From the sequence record NC_020079.1: DNA of 64,000 bases, one strand, 5' to 3'. Source of the DNA: Escherichia phage phAPEC8. Below, piece after piece: positions 9,245-18,902 of the stretch; the stretch's first letter is position 1, and the number at the start of each line of letters is the position of its first letter. The notes under the pieces are model-generated. The model saw nothing but the letters and a program-made list of their open reading frames with translations. It did not search any database and had not been told where the DNA came from. The position numbers and the translations under genes are program-made.

Positions 9245-10329
9245 TAGAAGTCAAGCTCCTCATCATCAGAGAGATCTTTGTTAGCTGAATTCAATTTGTA
9301 ATTAGTTAACTGAATCTCTTGGGCTGCTGACTGAATCAAATCAGGATTCAACCATTTTTCCATCCAAGCTAAAGGACTATGTTTAGGTGCTTTAAACTTG
9401 GCTTTCATTTTCAATCGACGATAAATAGGAGCAGCATTGAAATAAACCCACTGTTTAGACAATTCGGCGTTAAGACCTACAATAAAACGACCTTCACTAA
9501 ACAGGTAGTCACACCACTGTTCCTCTTGTTCAACAACAGTGTCGAGGATCAAAGTCAACTCTTCAATATTGTCTTCGTAAATTTTACGCCAAATTGGGTC
9601 ATGCATCAATGCATCAATTACAGCATAATCCATCTTAACATGCAAGATTTCATCTAGCATAATTTTCTGGATCAGTTTACAAGCCCCAACAAACAGTTGT
9701 TGTTCTGCCATAGCAAAAGTAGCAGAGAAGGAAGATATAAACTGAATACCTTCTAATCCAATCAGGGCTACCATCCCTTTAAGAATCAACAATCGAAGTT
9801 CATCGTTAGCTTCAATCAATCCTAGAGCATACTTATGACCAGCTTCTTCCAACTGACCCATGATATCAGCAATGATACCCATACGATTGAAAATTTTATC
9901 ATTAACCATAATCTGATTGATGACTTCAATTGGATCTGGAGTACATTGGCGGATTATTTCAGAATACGTTAACGCATGGAGAACTTCCATTTCACTCTGC
10001 TTCATCATCATAGCACAGGCTTCATTGTTACTCAAGAATGGAGAGAACAAAGTGATGATTGATTTTGCAAGAGAATCATTTTCCCATTGGAACGATAAGT
10101 TTTTAATCATAACGTCATAGTTGTTTTTAGAACAAGCTACGAAATCTTTACGTGTCTGATCCAGATTAACTTCGTTTTCATCCCAATCTTGTGCTTTTTG
10201 AAGTTTGTAGAGTTTGTGCATTTCTGGATAAGTTACGTTAACAGAATCAAAGATCCCTAATTGCTCCCCCAAAAATACTGGATATTTCCCTGTCTTGTAA
10301 ACTTCGTTGTGTAAATTAATTGCTGCCAT
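9244..10329 (-). CDS. nrdB: ribonucleotide reductase class Ia small subunit
   Basis: 361 aa, adjacent to nrdA; length and overall pattern fit the R2 ferritin-like subunit. Confidence 0.75.
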   Translation of the reverse strand: MAAINLHNEVYKTGKYPVFLGEQLGIFDSVNVTYPEMHKLYKLQKAQDWDENEVNLDQTRKDFVACSKNNYDVMIKNLSFQWENDSLAKSIITLFSPFLSNNEACAMMMKQSEMEVLHALTYSEIIRQCTPDPIEVINQIMVNDKIFNRMGIIADIMGQLEEAGHKYALGLIEANDELRLLILKGMVALIGLEGIQFISSFSATFAMAEQQLFVGACKLIQKIMLDEILHVKMDYAVIDALMHDPIWRKIYEDNIEELTLILDTVVEQEEQWCDYLFSEGRFIVGLNAELSKQWVYFNAAPIYRRLKMKAKFKAPKHSPLAWMEKWLNPDLIQSAAQEIQLTNYKLNSANKDLSDDEELDF

Positions 10330-10654
10330 TTAAATCCTCCACTATTTCACAAAAACCTCTTAAGCTTAAAATATCTTCTTCCTCAAAATCATTGCTCCGG
10401 TAGAAAGCTTCCAGTGCTTCCCATACGCTTCTACCAAGTATAACAGTCACTGTTTCTTCACTTCTTGCCCTTATTATTGCGTAAGCCGTGGCTTCTGGAT
10501 AAAAAGATTCCCAAATCTGCATGTTAGCTATTTCAAGACCGCCAAGATAATGGTGACACCAAGTAGGGGTAAAATCTTCAGGGCGAATCAACAGAGGCTT
10601 AAACCCAGGTCGGTAGATTGGGGTTACTCCAGGTAAAACTATAAGTGTGCTCAT
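10316..10654 (-). CDS. hypothetical protein between nrdB and nrdA
   Basis: Start moved to the ATG at 10654 with GAGGAGG RBS (track start 10723 would overlap the nrdA 3' end). Confidence 0.4.
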   Translation of the reverse strand: MSTLIVLPGVTPIYRPGFKPLLIRPEDFTPTWCHHYLGGLEIANMQIWESFYPEATAYAIIRARSEETVTVILGRSVWEALEAFYRSNDFEEEDILSLRGFCEIVEDLNGSN

Positions 10655-10694
10655 AATCCTCCTCAATAAAAAGGGGCTGAAGCCCCTAGTTTCA

Positions 10695-12935
10695 TCACAT
10701 TTTGCAAGCTTCACAACCACCATCAGAATCTTCTTGTGCTAAAGAGTCTGCTGATTTTGTTCTACTGTTAAGGTAATACAATGACTTGCCACCAAGTCTA
10801 GCAAAATTCAGAATAAACTGCATCTCAGCTTTCACTGATAAACGTCCACCTACCAATTTAGAATAATCTAGCCAAGAATCACAAGAAATTCCTTGGTCCG
10901 TAAACTTGGTAAAGATACCATACATTTCTGCAAGATCTTTAGCCGGAGTGTCCCAGGCAGACTGGTAGAACATTTTCAGTTTTTCATAGTCTGGAACAAT
11001 AAATAATACACTACCTTTCTGACTTTGTTTATACATAATAGTATCACGAACAGGATACAGAGAGTTAGTAGTATTGCTTACCAAACTGCTGGACTCATTA
11101 GGTGCAATAGCAGCCAAGACACTGTTACGGATACCACCTTGTTCAATGATTTCAGCACGTAAGCCTTCCCAGTCCATTTTAAGATCAAAATTACCGATAC
11201 TATCTACTGTTTTAGCATAAGTGTCAATTGGTAGCCAACCTTGAGGCCATTTGGTCTTATCGATCCATTCTGCATTACCTTTTTCCTTAGCCAGACGCAG
11301 AGAGGCTTTTGCCAACCAAAAGTAATGACGTTCTGCAAGTTCATGCATTAATTTTTTAGCATAAGCGTCTGAATAATTTACAAAATTACTTGCCAAATAA
11401 TGCGCTAAGTTTGTAATGCCTACACCAATAGATCTACGTGCTTTAGCAGTTATTTCGTTATGTTTAAATGGATAATCCATTGTTTCAATAACGTTGTCAA
11501 TTGTCAATACAGTGTAGTATGCAACATCCTCATATTCTTCAGGTAAGACACGACCAGCAACAATAGAAGATAAGAAGCATAAAGCCAATTCTTGATTTTC
11601 TGTATTCTCACCAGTAAAGAGATCCGGCATACTGTGGAAAGCTTTAGTTGGTAAGAAGATCTCTTGACACAGGTTTGATTGATACACCGTATCCAGGAAA
11701 GGTGTATGGTTGTTAACGTTGTCAGCAAAGAACATGTAAATACGTCCTGTTTCTGCACGTTGAACAATAATCTCTGTCAGAAGATCACGAGCCTTAACAA
11801 ATTTTTTCTTAATGCGACGACGGCTTACTTTGTCATAAACTGCATCAAACTCTTCTTCACTTTTATACAAAGCTTCATAAAGTTCAGGAGCATCATCACA
11901 ACTAACTAACATCCAATCTTCGTTTTTTGCTGCTCGACGCAAGAACGAACGGTTAACAACAATAGAATAATCCAGTTTGTCTACTCGTTTATCTATAGGT
12001 GTTGTTGGATTCTTCAGTCGAATCAGATCGTCGAAGTCTGGTTCAAGTATGGTAAAGGTAACTGTAGCACTACCTCCACGGCTTGCTTGCTTCGAAGCTC
12101 CAACACTATCTTCCATCCATTTCAGATACGGAAGAAGACCACCATGAATAATACGATTATTCTTAACACCTTGACCTGTGGCACGAGTTTGAAGATTAAC
12201 ACCAATACCTGCGTTATTCAACGTATACTCATGAGCTAAGTAATTAGCAATGGCTAAAGACTCTGCCGTATCGTCTGCACGGAACAAACAACAAGACGCA
12301 CTTCCTTTGATTGGAGTTCGTAGAGTTGTCAGATACGGCGATGGCAGATTAATCTTAAGATCGCTAACATAAGTATAAAGTTTTTTAATATCTTCTATAC
12401 GGCGTTCTTTTGGTTGGATCTCCATAACCTTCATTGCGATACCAATGAAAAGAAACTGTGGAGACTCATGCACCACATCGTTTACTGCATCTCGAATAAG
12501 ATATTTATCTACCATCTGACGTAAAACAGAATAACCATAAGTTAGATTTTTATTATGCTTTACAATCTTACCGATTTCTTTGATCTCTTCATCAGTATAA
12601 TCCATTTTAGCCCAATGTCCACGTTCTACCATATCATGATAAAAGGTATTCAGTGAAGGGATACTGTGGTATCCCCCATGAGCCTGTTTGTAAATCATAC
12701 CCAGAAGAAGTCTTCCTGCCATATCACTGTAAGCTTGTGTTTTCTTGTCAATACACGCTGCAATCATTGCTTTATGCAGATCACGTGTAGACACACCGTC
12801 ATAACACCGCTTCACAGCTTCTAATTCAATTTCAGACCAGTTTAGTTTACCTGCTGCAAATTCAGACCACTTGCGAAGTTTTTCTGGATTAAACTCCTCT
12901 GTCTTACCGTTAGATTTAGTTACAAAACGAATCAA
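10695..12935 (-). CDS. nrdA: ribonucleotide reductase class Ia large subunit
   Basis: 746 aa; N-terminal ATP-cone-like region, NLCQEIFLPT active-site motif, C-terminal redox pair ..GGCEACKM; TTG start with GGAGG RBS. Confidence 0.9.
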   Translation of the reverse strand: MIRFVTKSNGKTEEFNPEKLRKWSEFAAGKLNWSEIELEAVKRCYDGVSTRDLHKAMIAACIDKKTQAYSDMAGRLLLGMIYKQAHGGYHSIPSLNTFYHDMVERGHWAKMDYTDEEIKEIGKIVKHNKNLTYGYSVLRQMVDKYLIRDAVNDVVHESPQFLFIGIAMKVMEIQPKERRIEDIKKLYTYVSDLKINLPSPYLTTLRTPIKGSASCCLFRADDTAESLAIANYLAHEYTLNNAGIGVNLQTRATGQGVKNNRIIHGGLLPYLKWMEDSVGASKQASRGGSATVTFTILEPDFDDLIRLKNPTTPIDKRVDKLDYSIVVNRSFLRRAAKNEDWMLVSCDDAPELYEALYKSEEEFDAVYDKVSRRRIKKKFVKARDLLTEIIVQRAETGRIYMFFADNVNNHTPFLDTVYQSNLCQEIFLPTKAFHSMPDLFTGENTENQELALCFLSSIVAGRVLPEEYEDVAYYTVLTIDNVIETMDYPFKHNEITAKARRSIGVGITNLAHYLASNFVNYSDAYAKKLMHELAERHYFWLAKASLRLAKEKGNAEWIDKTKWPQGWLPIDTYAKTVDSIGNFDLKMDWEGLRAEIIEQGGIRNSVLAAIAPNESSSLVSNTTNSLYPVRDTIMYKQSQKGSVLFIVPDYEKLKMFYQSAWDTPAKDLAEMYGIFTKFTDQGISCDSWLDYSKLVGGRLSVKAEMQFILNFARLGGKSLYYLNSRTKSADSLAQEDSDGGCEACKM

Positions 12936-12951
12936 CTTCTCCTCCCTATTA

Positions 12952-13206
12952 TTAATGCATATTCAAAACATCTACATCATAACCGAACTTCATTTCATTA
13001 AAAAGTCCATTAGCATATAGAAAACCTTCAAAATGAGTTATGTCATCAAACCCTTTTGCTTTTGCTCGACGGTCTGCTTCTTGTCTTTTAGGAGATAAAC
13101 GTTTTGAAGTGTCTAGAATTACAGTTACATTACAACCAACAGTTTCATCAAAATAGACTTCGATTTCACAGCCTTCATATTTATTATCAGTCATTGTCCC
13201 TCTCAT
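12952..13206 (-). CDS. hypothetical protein (84 aa)
   Basis: ORF track. Confidence 0.4.
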   Translation of the reverse strand: MRGTMTDNKYEGCEIEVYFDETVGCNVTVILDTSKRLSPKRQEADRRAKAKGFDDITHFEGFLYANGLFNEMKFGYDVDVLNMH

Positions 13207-13613
13207 TGATTAGTATCATCTGCTTTCGCAGGATCATAAGAGTTACCGAAATCATCCATCTTAATATGTGACGCACCCCAACCTGTAAATTCTTCATCAC
13301 CAAAATGAAAAATATCATTTTCTTGATAGATTCGTTTAAAACCACAATTAGGTGAAACAGGGAAAGTGAAAAGCGTTGTATTTGAAAACACTACTCGCTT
13401 ATCGTTATTGCTTCGGATATTCACATTACGCTCAACAGAATAGTGTGAATCTTCAGCCATACCCAGCATTACAAGCGACGCTCTAATAACAGCATTTTGT
13501 TTCTCGTGTGGGATATTGCCATTGTGTTTATTTGATTCTAGTTTCCAGATAGGGGTAGACATTACAGTAGACATGCTTACGGTAGCCCAAGTTGTAGTAT
13601 TTACTAATGACAT
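13203..13613 (-). CDS. hypothetical protein
   Basis: ORF track; start moved to the ATG at 13613 with AAGGAG RBS. Confidence 0.4.
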   Translation of the reverse strand: MSLVNTTTWATVSMSTVMSTPIWKLESNKHNGNIPHEKQNAVIRASLVMLGMAEDSHYSVERNVNIRSNNDKRVVFSNTTLFTFPVSPNCGFKRIYQENDIFHFGDEEFTGWGASHIKMDDFGNSYDPAKADDTNQ

Positions 13614-13711
13614 ATTTTCTCCTTCATTTTGAATGGGAGGACTCACCTCCTCCCAGTATTGTGCTATATTATACTAAAACTAATACTAAAGTCAATAACT
13701 ATTTAAACAGA

Positions 13712-14710
13712 TCACCATTTAGTATGATTTGTTAAAAGTTGACGATGTTGAATCCAGCCTTTGAAATTGCCAGACCAAAACTTACCATTACGATCTACAT
13801 GGGTAATACCTGGTTCCCAAGAGTTAAAATCCCAAGGAGCATTGATAAACAAATCTTCAAAACAGTTCTCTCCATATTGTTCGCATGTTTCTTGAATTGG
13901 AGTGGCTTGATGTTCAAACGGAGAAGCATGAACCTTGCGCCCAGTCAGCAAACGACCATAGATATCTAAAGCTTTATCTTTAGTTGCATTTAAACGACGA
14001 TAGCTAACCTGTGCACAACATGAAGCTGAAATAGCTTTGGCTTCTTCCAAAGTAAGCACAACAACTTCTCCAGATTCATCTTGAACGTAGTATCCACCAA
14101 AAACAAAATGATCGTCACCTTCTGTGCCAATATTATCGTAGAAATGGTCTACATAAGGTGTGTGCCATTGCCCTGGTTTCAGCACTTCTGGTGTAGATCC
14201 TTCATACTCTTTGTGCATCTCTTTAGCCAAAGCTTCGATAGTAGGATCGGCTTCTTTGTCATCACGTAGCCACCAGAAATTTTCATATTCTGTTGCTGTC
14301 AGAACTGTTTTAATTCGTTGGAAAGGTTCCAGAAGACGGTTTGCAACTTGTTTGTGGTACCCTGCCAAAGAGAATTCTTCTGCAAAACGTGCTGCACTAA
14401 GCGCGGCAAGATCCCACCACTCTTGAGCAGTATAACCTGCATCAATAAGAGCGTCATGATCAACACCTTTATCCTGCATACCAGGTTGGTTAGCCCCAAA
14501 ACGATAAGGACGAGCAGGTTGATTTCGCACCATTTCAATCAGTGTTTTAACAGGTATAGCACGGCTAGAAGCAGCATTACGACTGAACAGGCGGTGAGTC
14601 ATCAATTCTGAATGAATAATACGTGGATATTCTAGTTCAAAAGTTACAATCTCTTTTCCGTCTTCAGTGATGGAATGCGCAATAATACTAGCCGAAATCT
14701 GTTTTGTCAT
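13712..14710 (-). CDS. ThyX-like (FAD-dependent thymidylate synthase family) protein with divergent motif
   Basis: THRLFSRNAASSR aligns with the ThyX RHRx7-8S motif (compare RHRIASYNELSGR), but the first Arg is replaced by Thr; 332 aa. Confidence 0.55.
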   Translation of the reverse strand: MTKQISASIIAHSITEDGKEIVTFELEYPRIIHSELMTHRLFSRNAASSRAIPVKTLIEMVRNQPARPYRFGANQPGMQDKGVDHDALIDAGYTAQEWWDLAALSAARFAEEFSLAGYHKQVANRLLEPFQRIKTVLTATEYENFWWLRDDKEADPTIEALAKEMHKEYEGSTPEVLKPGQWHTPYVDHFYDNIGTEGDDHFVFGGYYVQDESGEVVVLTLEEAKAISASCCAQVSYRRLNATKDKALDIYGRLLTGRKVHASPFEHQATPIQETCEQYGENCFEDLFINAPWDFNSWEPGITHVDRNGKFWSGNFKGWIQHRQLLTNHTKW

Positions 14711-14719
14711 TTTTTCTCC

Positions 14720-15328
14720 TTAGTTTTTAAAATTGTTCAAAGTGTTAAAAACATCCAAACATGTTAGCCACTGATCTTCTAAACCTGTGATCACAACATT
14801 TGGTTTTTTCTTTAGTTCTTCTAGATGGTTATCTTTATAAGGCGTATTAAAATATATTTTAACCACTTCATCTGGAAAATATAGTAGGTTATCAGACCTG
14901 TCATCTATTGCTATATCACAAGGCAATAAGTATTTTTCTTTCGTAGCAAAAAAGCCGTTACCAGATCCTTTGCTAAAATCAATCGTATCTAACGTTCTTA
15001 AAACATGCTTATGTTTAGAACTTAAGTGACCACCTTTTGTCACACTTGCGATCAAAAGATTGCTACCTTTCCTTGAAACATACTTTAAGAAATCTGGCAT
15101 ACCTGGAACAAAACCCATTGTATCATAGAGATGAGGATTATCCAGAAATCCGTAAGGATCTATATTGAACTCCTCCCTGAAACCAGGAAAGTAGTTGGTA
15201 AGATCATAGTCTGCATTTTTTGTGAATGTGTCTATCTTAACACCAAGTCCACTAATCTTATTCAACCATTCTAACCAAGCAACATCTAATGGAGCCACAA
15301 CTAAATCCCAATCACATACTATCTGCAT
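14720..15328 (-). CDS. putative HAD-family 5'(3')-deoxyribonucleotidase
   Basis: N-terminal DxDxV-type motif (CDWDLVV); position within the nucleotide-metabolism module. Confidence 0.4.
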   Translation of the reverse strand: MQIVCDWDLVVAPLDVAWLEWLNKISGLGVKIDTFTKNADYDLTNYFPGFREEFNIDPYGFLDNPHLYDTMGFVPGMPDFLKYVSRKGSNLLIASVTKGGHLSSKHKHVLRTLDTIDFSKGSGNGFFATKEKYLLPCDIAIDDRSDNLLYFPDEVVKIYFNTPYKDNHLEELKKKPNVVITGLEDQWLTCLDVFNTLNNFKN

Positions 15329-15364
15329 AAAACCTCCTCTCTCTTTTAGTATAGTTATCTTATA

Positions 15365-15940
15365 CTAACTTTCAATTTCCTGCAATAGGATTTTGACTAT
15401 TTGTTTGCGGCGTTTCGCTACTGTGCTTTCAGGTTCTATTTTACGCTTCTTCAACCAAGCTTTATCTTTCTTAGCTCTACACAAAGCTATTGCTTCTTTT
15501 TCAGCTTTCGCTTCTTCAAAAGATATACCTTGTTTATCTGCATAAGCAAGAATAGAGTTGCACAATTTACAAACCATTCGCAAATCTTCTTCTTTCACAT
15601 AGATCAAACGGAAAACAAAAAGGGGAATATCCTCAAAACATTGAAGTTGTTTTGCTGCGTGAATATGATCCACTTGGAAGTCTTTCATTCCTCCTCTGTG
15701 TCCACATATTTCGCACTCACAATTCCAAACTTGTTTTGGTTTTCCAGTTTTCTTGTCTATCATCACATTGCCGTCTTTATCTACACGATCAACTTTAAAA
15801 CGCCTTGCATTGATAACCTTAATTTTATTAGGGTGTCTCATCCATGCTTTTCTAAAACATCCCCTAAGATAAGTATAAAATTCAGCTTGTGTTTTCCAGG
15901 GTGTTCCTTCACCCCACATTATTTTTGGTTCACCTGCCAA
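15365..15940 (-). CDS. HNH endonuclease (free-standing, homing-type)
   Basis: CECEICGH...VDHIHA and downstream CKLCNS motifs typical of HNH zinc-finger nucleases. Confidence 0.5.
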   Translation of the reverse strand: MAGEPKIMWGEGTPWKTQAEFYTYLRGCFRKAWMRHPNKIKVINARRFKVDRVDKDGNVMIDKKTGKPKQVWNCECEICGHRGGMKDFQVDHIHAAKQLQCFEDIPLFVFRLIYVKEEDLRMVCKLCNSILAYADKQGISFEEAKAEKEAIALCRAKKDKAWLKKRKIEPESTVAKRRKQIVKILLQEIES

Positions 15941-16163
15941 TATTGCTCACCTTTTTAGCTGTATATTCCCCTGGTGGGATATTGTGTTTAAAAAACAAAA
16001 GGCGGTCTAACCCCGCCTTGCACATTGTTTCTGGAATAGTCAAAGTTAGTAAAAGTTTATCACCTTTTCGGTTGAATATTTTATAAACTTCTCCTGCTCC
16101 ATATTGTTTAGTATTGCTCGCCACTAATACGTTCCTTAAGTTGTTTAATAGCTTCGATTGCAT
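15930..16163 (-). CDS. hypothetical protein (77 aa)
   Basis: ORF track. Confidence 0.3.
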   Translation of the reverse strand: MQSKLLNNLRNVLVASNTKQYGAGEVYKIFNRKGDKLLLTLTIPETMCKAGLDRLLFFKHNIPPGEYTAKKVSNIGR

Positions 16164-16509
16164 CTACATAAGAAGAGTTATACATGTGTTTCAGTGCTAC
16201 TCGTACTAAAGGATCTTTTGTGAAGAAATCAATAAGAAGCATAGCTTGATCATGTTTAGCTGCATTTGTCATAGATGGATAATTTTCACGAACCATATAC
16301 GTGTTATTTTGCATAAGGGTTCTTTCTAGTTCAATACAATGAATAGCTTTATCTAGGTTAATCTGACGTTCACCTTTAATACGTGTTGCGTATTTTGCCA
16401 ATTTGCAAAAACAAGGTGTGCCACCAACCAAATAAGCTAGTTCAATAGGTTGCATTGCCATTTTTGTGTAGTGATCACCGTCAACCTGATTATCAAAAGC
16501 ATTAGACAT
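16108..16509 (-). CDS. hypothetical protein, DUF3310-like (GDHY motif)
   Basis: N-terminal QVDGDHY motif recalled from a common phage domain of unknown function. Confidence 0.35.
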   Translation of the reverse strand: MSNAFDNQVDGDHYTKMAMQPIELAYLVGGTPCFCKLAKYATRIKGERQINLDKAIHCIELERTLMQNNTYMVRENYPSMTNAAKHDQAMLLIDFFTKDPLVRVALKHMYNSSYVDAIEAIKQLKERISGEQY

Positions 16510-16765
16510 AATTTTCCTCCTGAATTCCTACTGCACCTTCTTCTGGGTAGTCTGCATAATAAGCTACCCTACCTTGATAGATAACATCACCATCATTATT
16601 GTAGATTGCTGTATCTTCTTGAATTGTTATTTCAACATCAAGTAAATCTGGGTCTTTCTCGATGGTATAGTTCAAACCTAACATTTCAAACAGTTCGAAA
16701 ATTTCGTTACCTGTTAATGTAATGCTCATATTTCCTCCTTTTATTGTGGTTAGCAGAGTATACAC
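16502..16765 (-). CDS. hypothetical acidic protein (87 aa)
   Basis: ORF track. Confidence 0.35.
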   Translation of the reverse strand: MYTLLTTIKGGNMSITLTGNEIFELFEMLGLNYTIEKDPDLLDVEITIQEDTAIYNNDGDVIYQGRVAYYADYPEEGAVGIQEENYV

Positions 16766-16815
16766 TAATATAAAATTTTTGTCAATAAAAAAGGGAGCAA
16801 TAAGCTCCCTGATTA

Positions 16816-17775
16816 TTAGATTCCAATAATAGTTGCTGCTCGTTTATCCTTGGATCTGGTGTTTGCTCTACTACGTGACAAACCGCCGCAAGATTCACAA
16901 CGAATGATATCGAAAGAACTTACCGCAGTGTGGTATTGTTTACCAGTAACAACGTGAACGTGATCACTGCCACAACGAGAACAACGGACCTTCTCATCTG
17001 GGTAATAAGCGGATAAGTTAGGATGCTGTGGAATCCACGGAAGGATTTTCATATACAAATCACGGAGTGAAACAACATCACCATCATTGTAAATCTGCAT
17101 ACGTTCAAAAGCATCACGATCACCTTCACAACATGCTTTCCATAAAGGGAATCCCTCGTTATCCAGTTTTTCACTTTCTGTTTCGAAATATGCTCCCATT
17201 TCTTTAAGGGAGTTGGAAGGAAGTGCAAATTGTTTCTTAGCTGCCTTCAATGTATCAACAACTACATAATTAGAAGGAGGAGCCATATCGTGATATGCAA
17301 ATCGTTGGTTAATGTATGCACGGTCAAACTTATACCCGTTGTGTGCCACAACTACATCTGCCTCATTCAGAAGGTTCCAAAGATCTTGGCAAAGCTCCCA
17401 ATCATCTGTATGATCAATATCAAAAAGAGGATAAGAAGACAAGTTCTTACCTTCCACTTCACCAGTATACAGGTCAGCAGAAGAGTAAGATAACAAATAA
17501 CCCCTACGAATTACTTGATCTGGAGAAATGAAGGCTTTGAATCGACGGAAAGTATATGCAATCTCTGGTGCAGTTTCAACATCAATAATTTTAATAACGG
17601 GTTGTTTCTTTTTAACTAGCTCTTGTTTACTTGCTCCAAATCGTGCAAGGAAATCGTTCACTGTGCTTTTTCTTGTTGGACTACCTAAAACAATTGCTGC
17701 AATATTACGAGAAGACATACCCTCTGCACTCATACTAAGGATATCTGCTTTCTGCTCTTCTGTTAATCTGCTCAC
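16816..17775 (-). CDS. DEDD-type 3'-5' exonuclease with N-terminal HTH and C-terminal zinc ribbon
   Basis: Exo motifs IDVETAP (DxE), VAHNGYKFD, YNDGD; N-terminal HTH-like region; C-terminal CSRCGS...CESCGG. Confidence 0.5.
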   Translation of the reverse strand: MSRLTEEQKADILSMSAEGMSSRNIAAIVLGSPTRKSTVNDFLARFGASKQELVKKKQPVIKIIDVETAPEIAYTFRRFKAFISPDQVIRRGYLLSYSSADLYTGEVEGKNLSSYPLFDIDHTDDWELCQDLWNLLNEADVVVAHNGYKFDRAYINQRFAYHDMAPPSNYVVVDTLKAAKKQFALPSNSLKEMGAYFETESEKLDNEGFPLWKACCEGDRDAFERMQIYNDGDVVSLRDLYMKILPWIPQHPNLSAYYPDEKVRCSRCGSDHVHVVTGKQYHTAVSSFDIIRCESCGGLSRSRANTRSKDKRAATIIGI

Positions 17776-18890
17776 TCTGCCTCCTGTTGTGAGATGTATG
17801 ACTGAAGCATACTCTCAAATGTTGTATCGTCATTATCCCAGCGTTTCATGTATACCAACTGGAAAATTGTTTCTATCCATTCATCTGTTGTCATATGGAC
17901 TTCTTCTCCATCCCAAGAAGTAAAATTAACACCATCTGGGAACCATGAGTAGTAAGTATCTTTAACTGTTTGGAAAAGTTCTGCTTGAGTTTTACAAGCT
18001 GAAAGAAGATTAAAACAAGTAATATCTCCGAACTTAATATCAAAATCTTGATAAGGTCGGATACTATCTGTTTTATCTCCCATTAGCATCTGATATGCTA
18101 ACCAGTAACTGCCCCAACCTTTAACTTCTTTCTTTTTACCTTTATCTACGATCCATATATCGCCAATAGACTCGTCAATAAGAATTATATCTGGATTTTT
18201 AAATACTCCATCCTCTTTGTAGAAATTAAAAAGGATACTAGGAGTATGTAAACTATCTTTATCTATAGATACTACGATATAAGAAAATTTACCCGTCCTT
18301 TTATAATCTTTATAACCTTGGAAACCATACTTCTCTAACTCATCATCAGCTTCTATTACAGTAACAACATCACCATTGTGGAACTCCACAAGATAATCTT
18401 TGGTTTCTGAAAGCTGAAGTGGTTTGATATCTAATCGTTCAGATTTATATTCTACAGGCATTTTGAAGGCGTGTCTGAAAGTTTTTCCTACGCCAATAAC
18501 TCCGCAATATTTTTCTAAACGTAGATGTTTTAGAATACCTAAGACTTTTGTTTTAGCTGCTTGGAAGGTGTGTCCGATATCTTCTGGCGGGTATTGCTTA
18601 TCAATGATTTCGAACTCTTCCTTTGTGAAGGGACGTTTGTTTTTGGAGGCTCTTTCTGCATTTGTATCTCCTAGCCAACCTCCAATTTTAGTCTTGCTTT
18701 TACCCCAAAACTCTGTCTTATTTTTAAATTCCTTTTGAGCACCTGAAGGGATGTGCTTCGCAATGATTGTTCTTTTCTCTAATGCAGACGCTGCTTGGAA
18801 AGCGATCTGATCATAATCAATTGCAGCTATTGTTTCTTCATTGACATATAAATGAAGATCTTCAGGTTTAATTAAAATATAACCGCTAAT
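17772..18890 (-). CDS. RNase H / flap endonuclease (T4 rnh-like 5'-3' exonuclease); start codon non-canonical or unresolved
   Basis: Motifs AAIDYDQIAFQAAS, IEADDE, VSIDKDSLH, LMGDKTDSIRP match T4 RNase H in order; frame is open 146 codons upstream of the first ATG (18461) with no in-frame ATG/GTG/TTG; candidate ATT at 18890..18888 after a GGGGGA run. Confidence 0.55.
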   Translation of the reverse strand: MSGYILIKPEDLHLYVNEETIAAIDYDQIAFQAASALEKRTIIAKHIPSGAQKEFKNKTEFWGKSKTKIGGWLGDTNAERASKNKRPFTKEEFEIIDKQYPPEDIGHTFQAAKTKVLGILKHLRLEKYCGVIGVGKTFRHAFKMPVEYKSERLDIKPLQLSETKDYLVEFHNGDVVTVIEADDELEKYGFQGYKDYKRTGKFSYIVVSIDKDSLHTPSILFNFYKEDGVFKNPDIILIDESIGDIWIVDKGKKKEVKGWGSYWLAYQMLMGDKTDSIRPYQDFDIKFGDITCFNLLSACKTQAELFQTVKDTYYSWFPDGVNFTSWDGEEVHMTTDEWIETIFQLVYMKRWDNDDTTFESMLQSYISQQEAE

Positions 18891-18902
18891 ATTTCCCCCT
18901 AG

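Noticed and set aside
15401-15958. 185-aa plus-strand ORF overlapping the HNH endonuclease gene
   Set aside because: Antisense; Phe/Ser/Cys-rich low-complexity translation; the minus-strand gene has HNH motifs.
18424-18738. 104-aa plus-strand ORF
   Set aside because: Lies antisense to the open upstream region of the RNase H-like gene, which carries conserved nuclease motifs.
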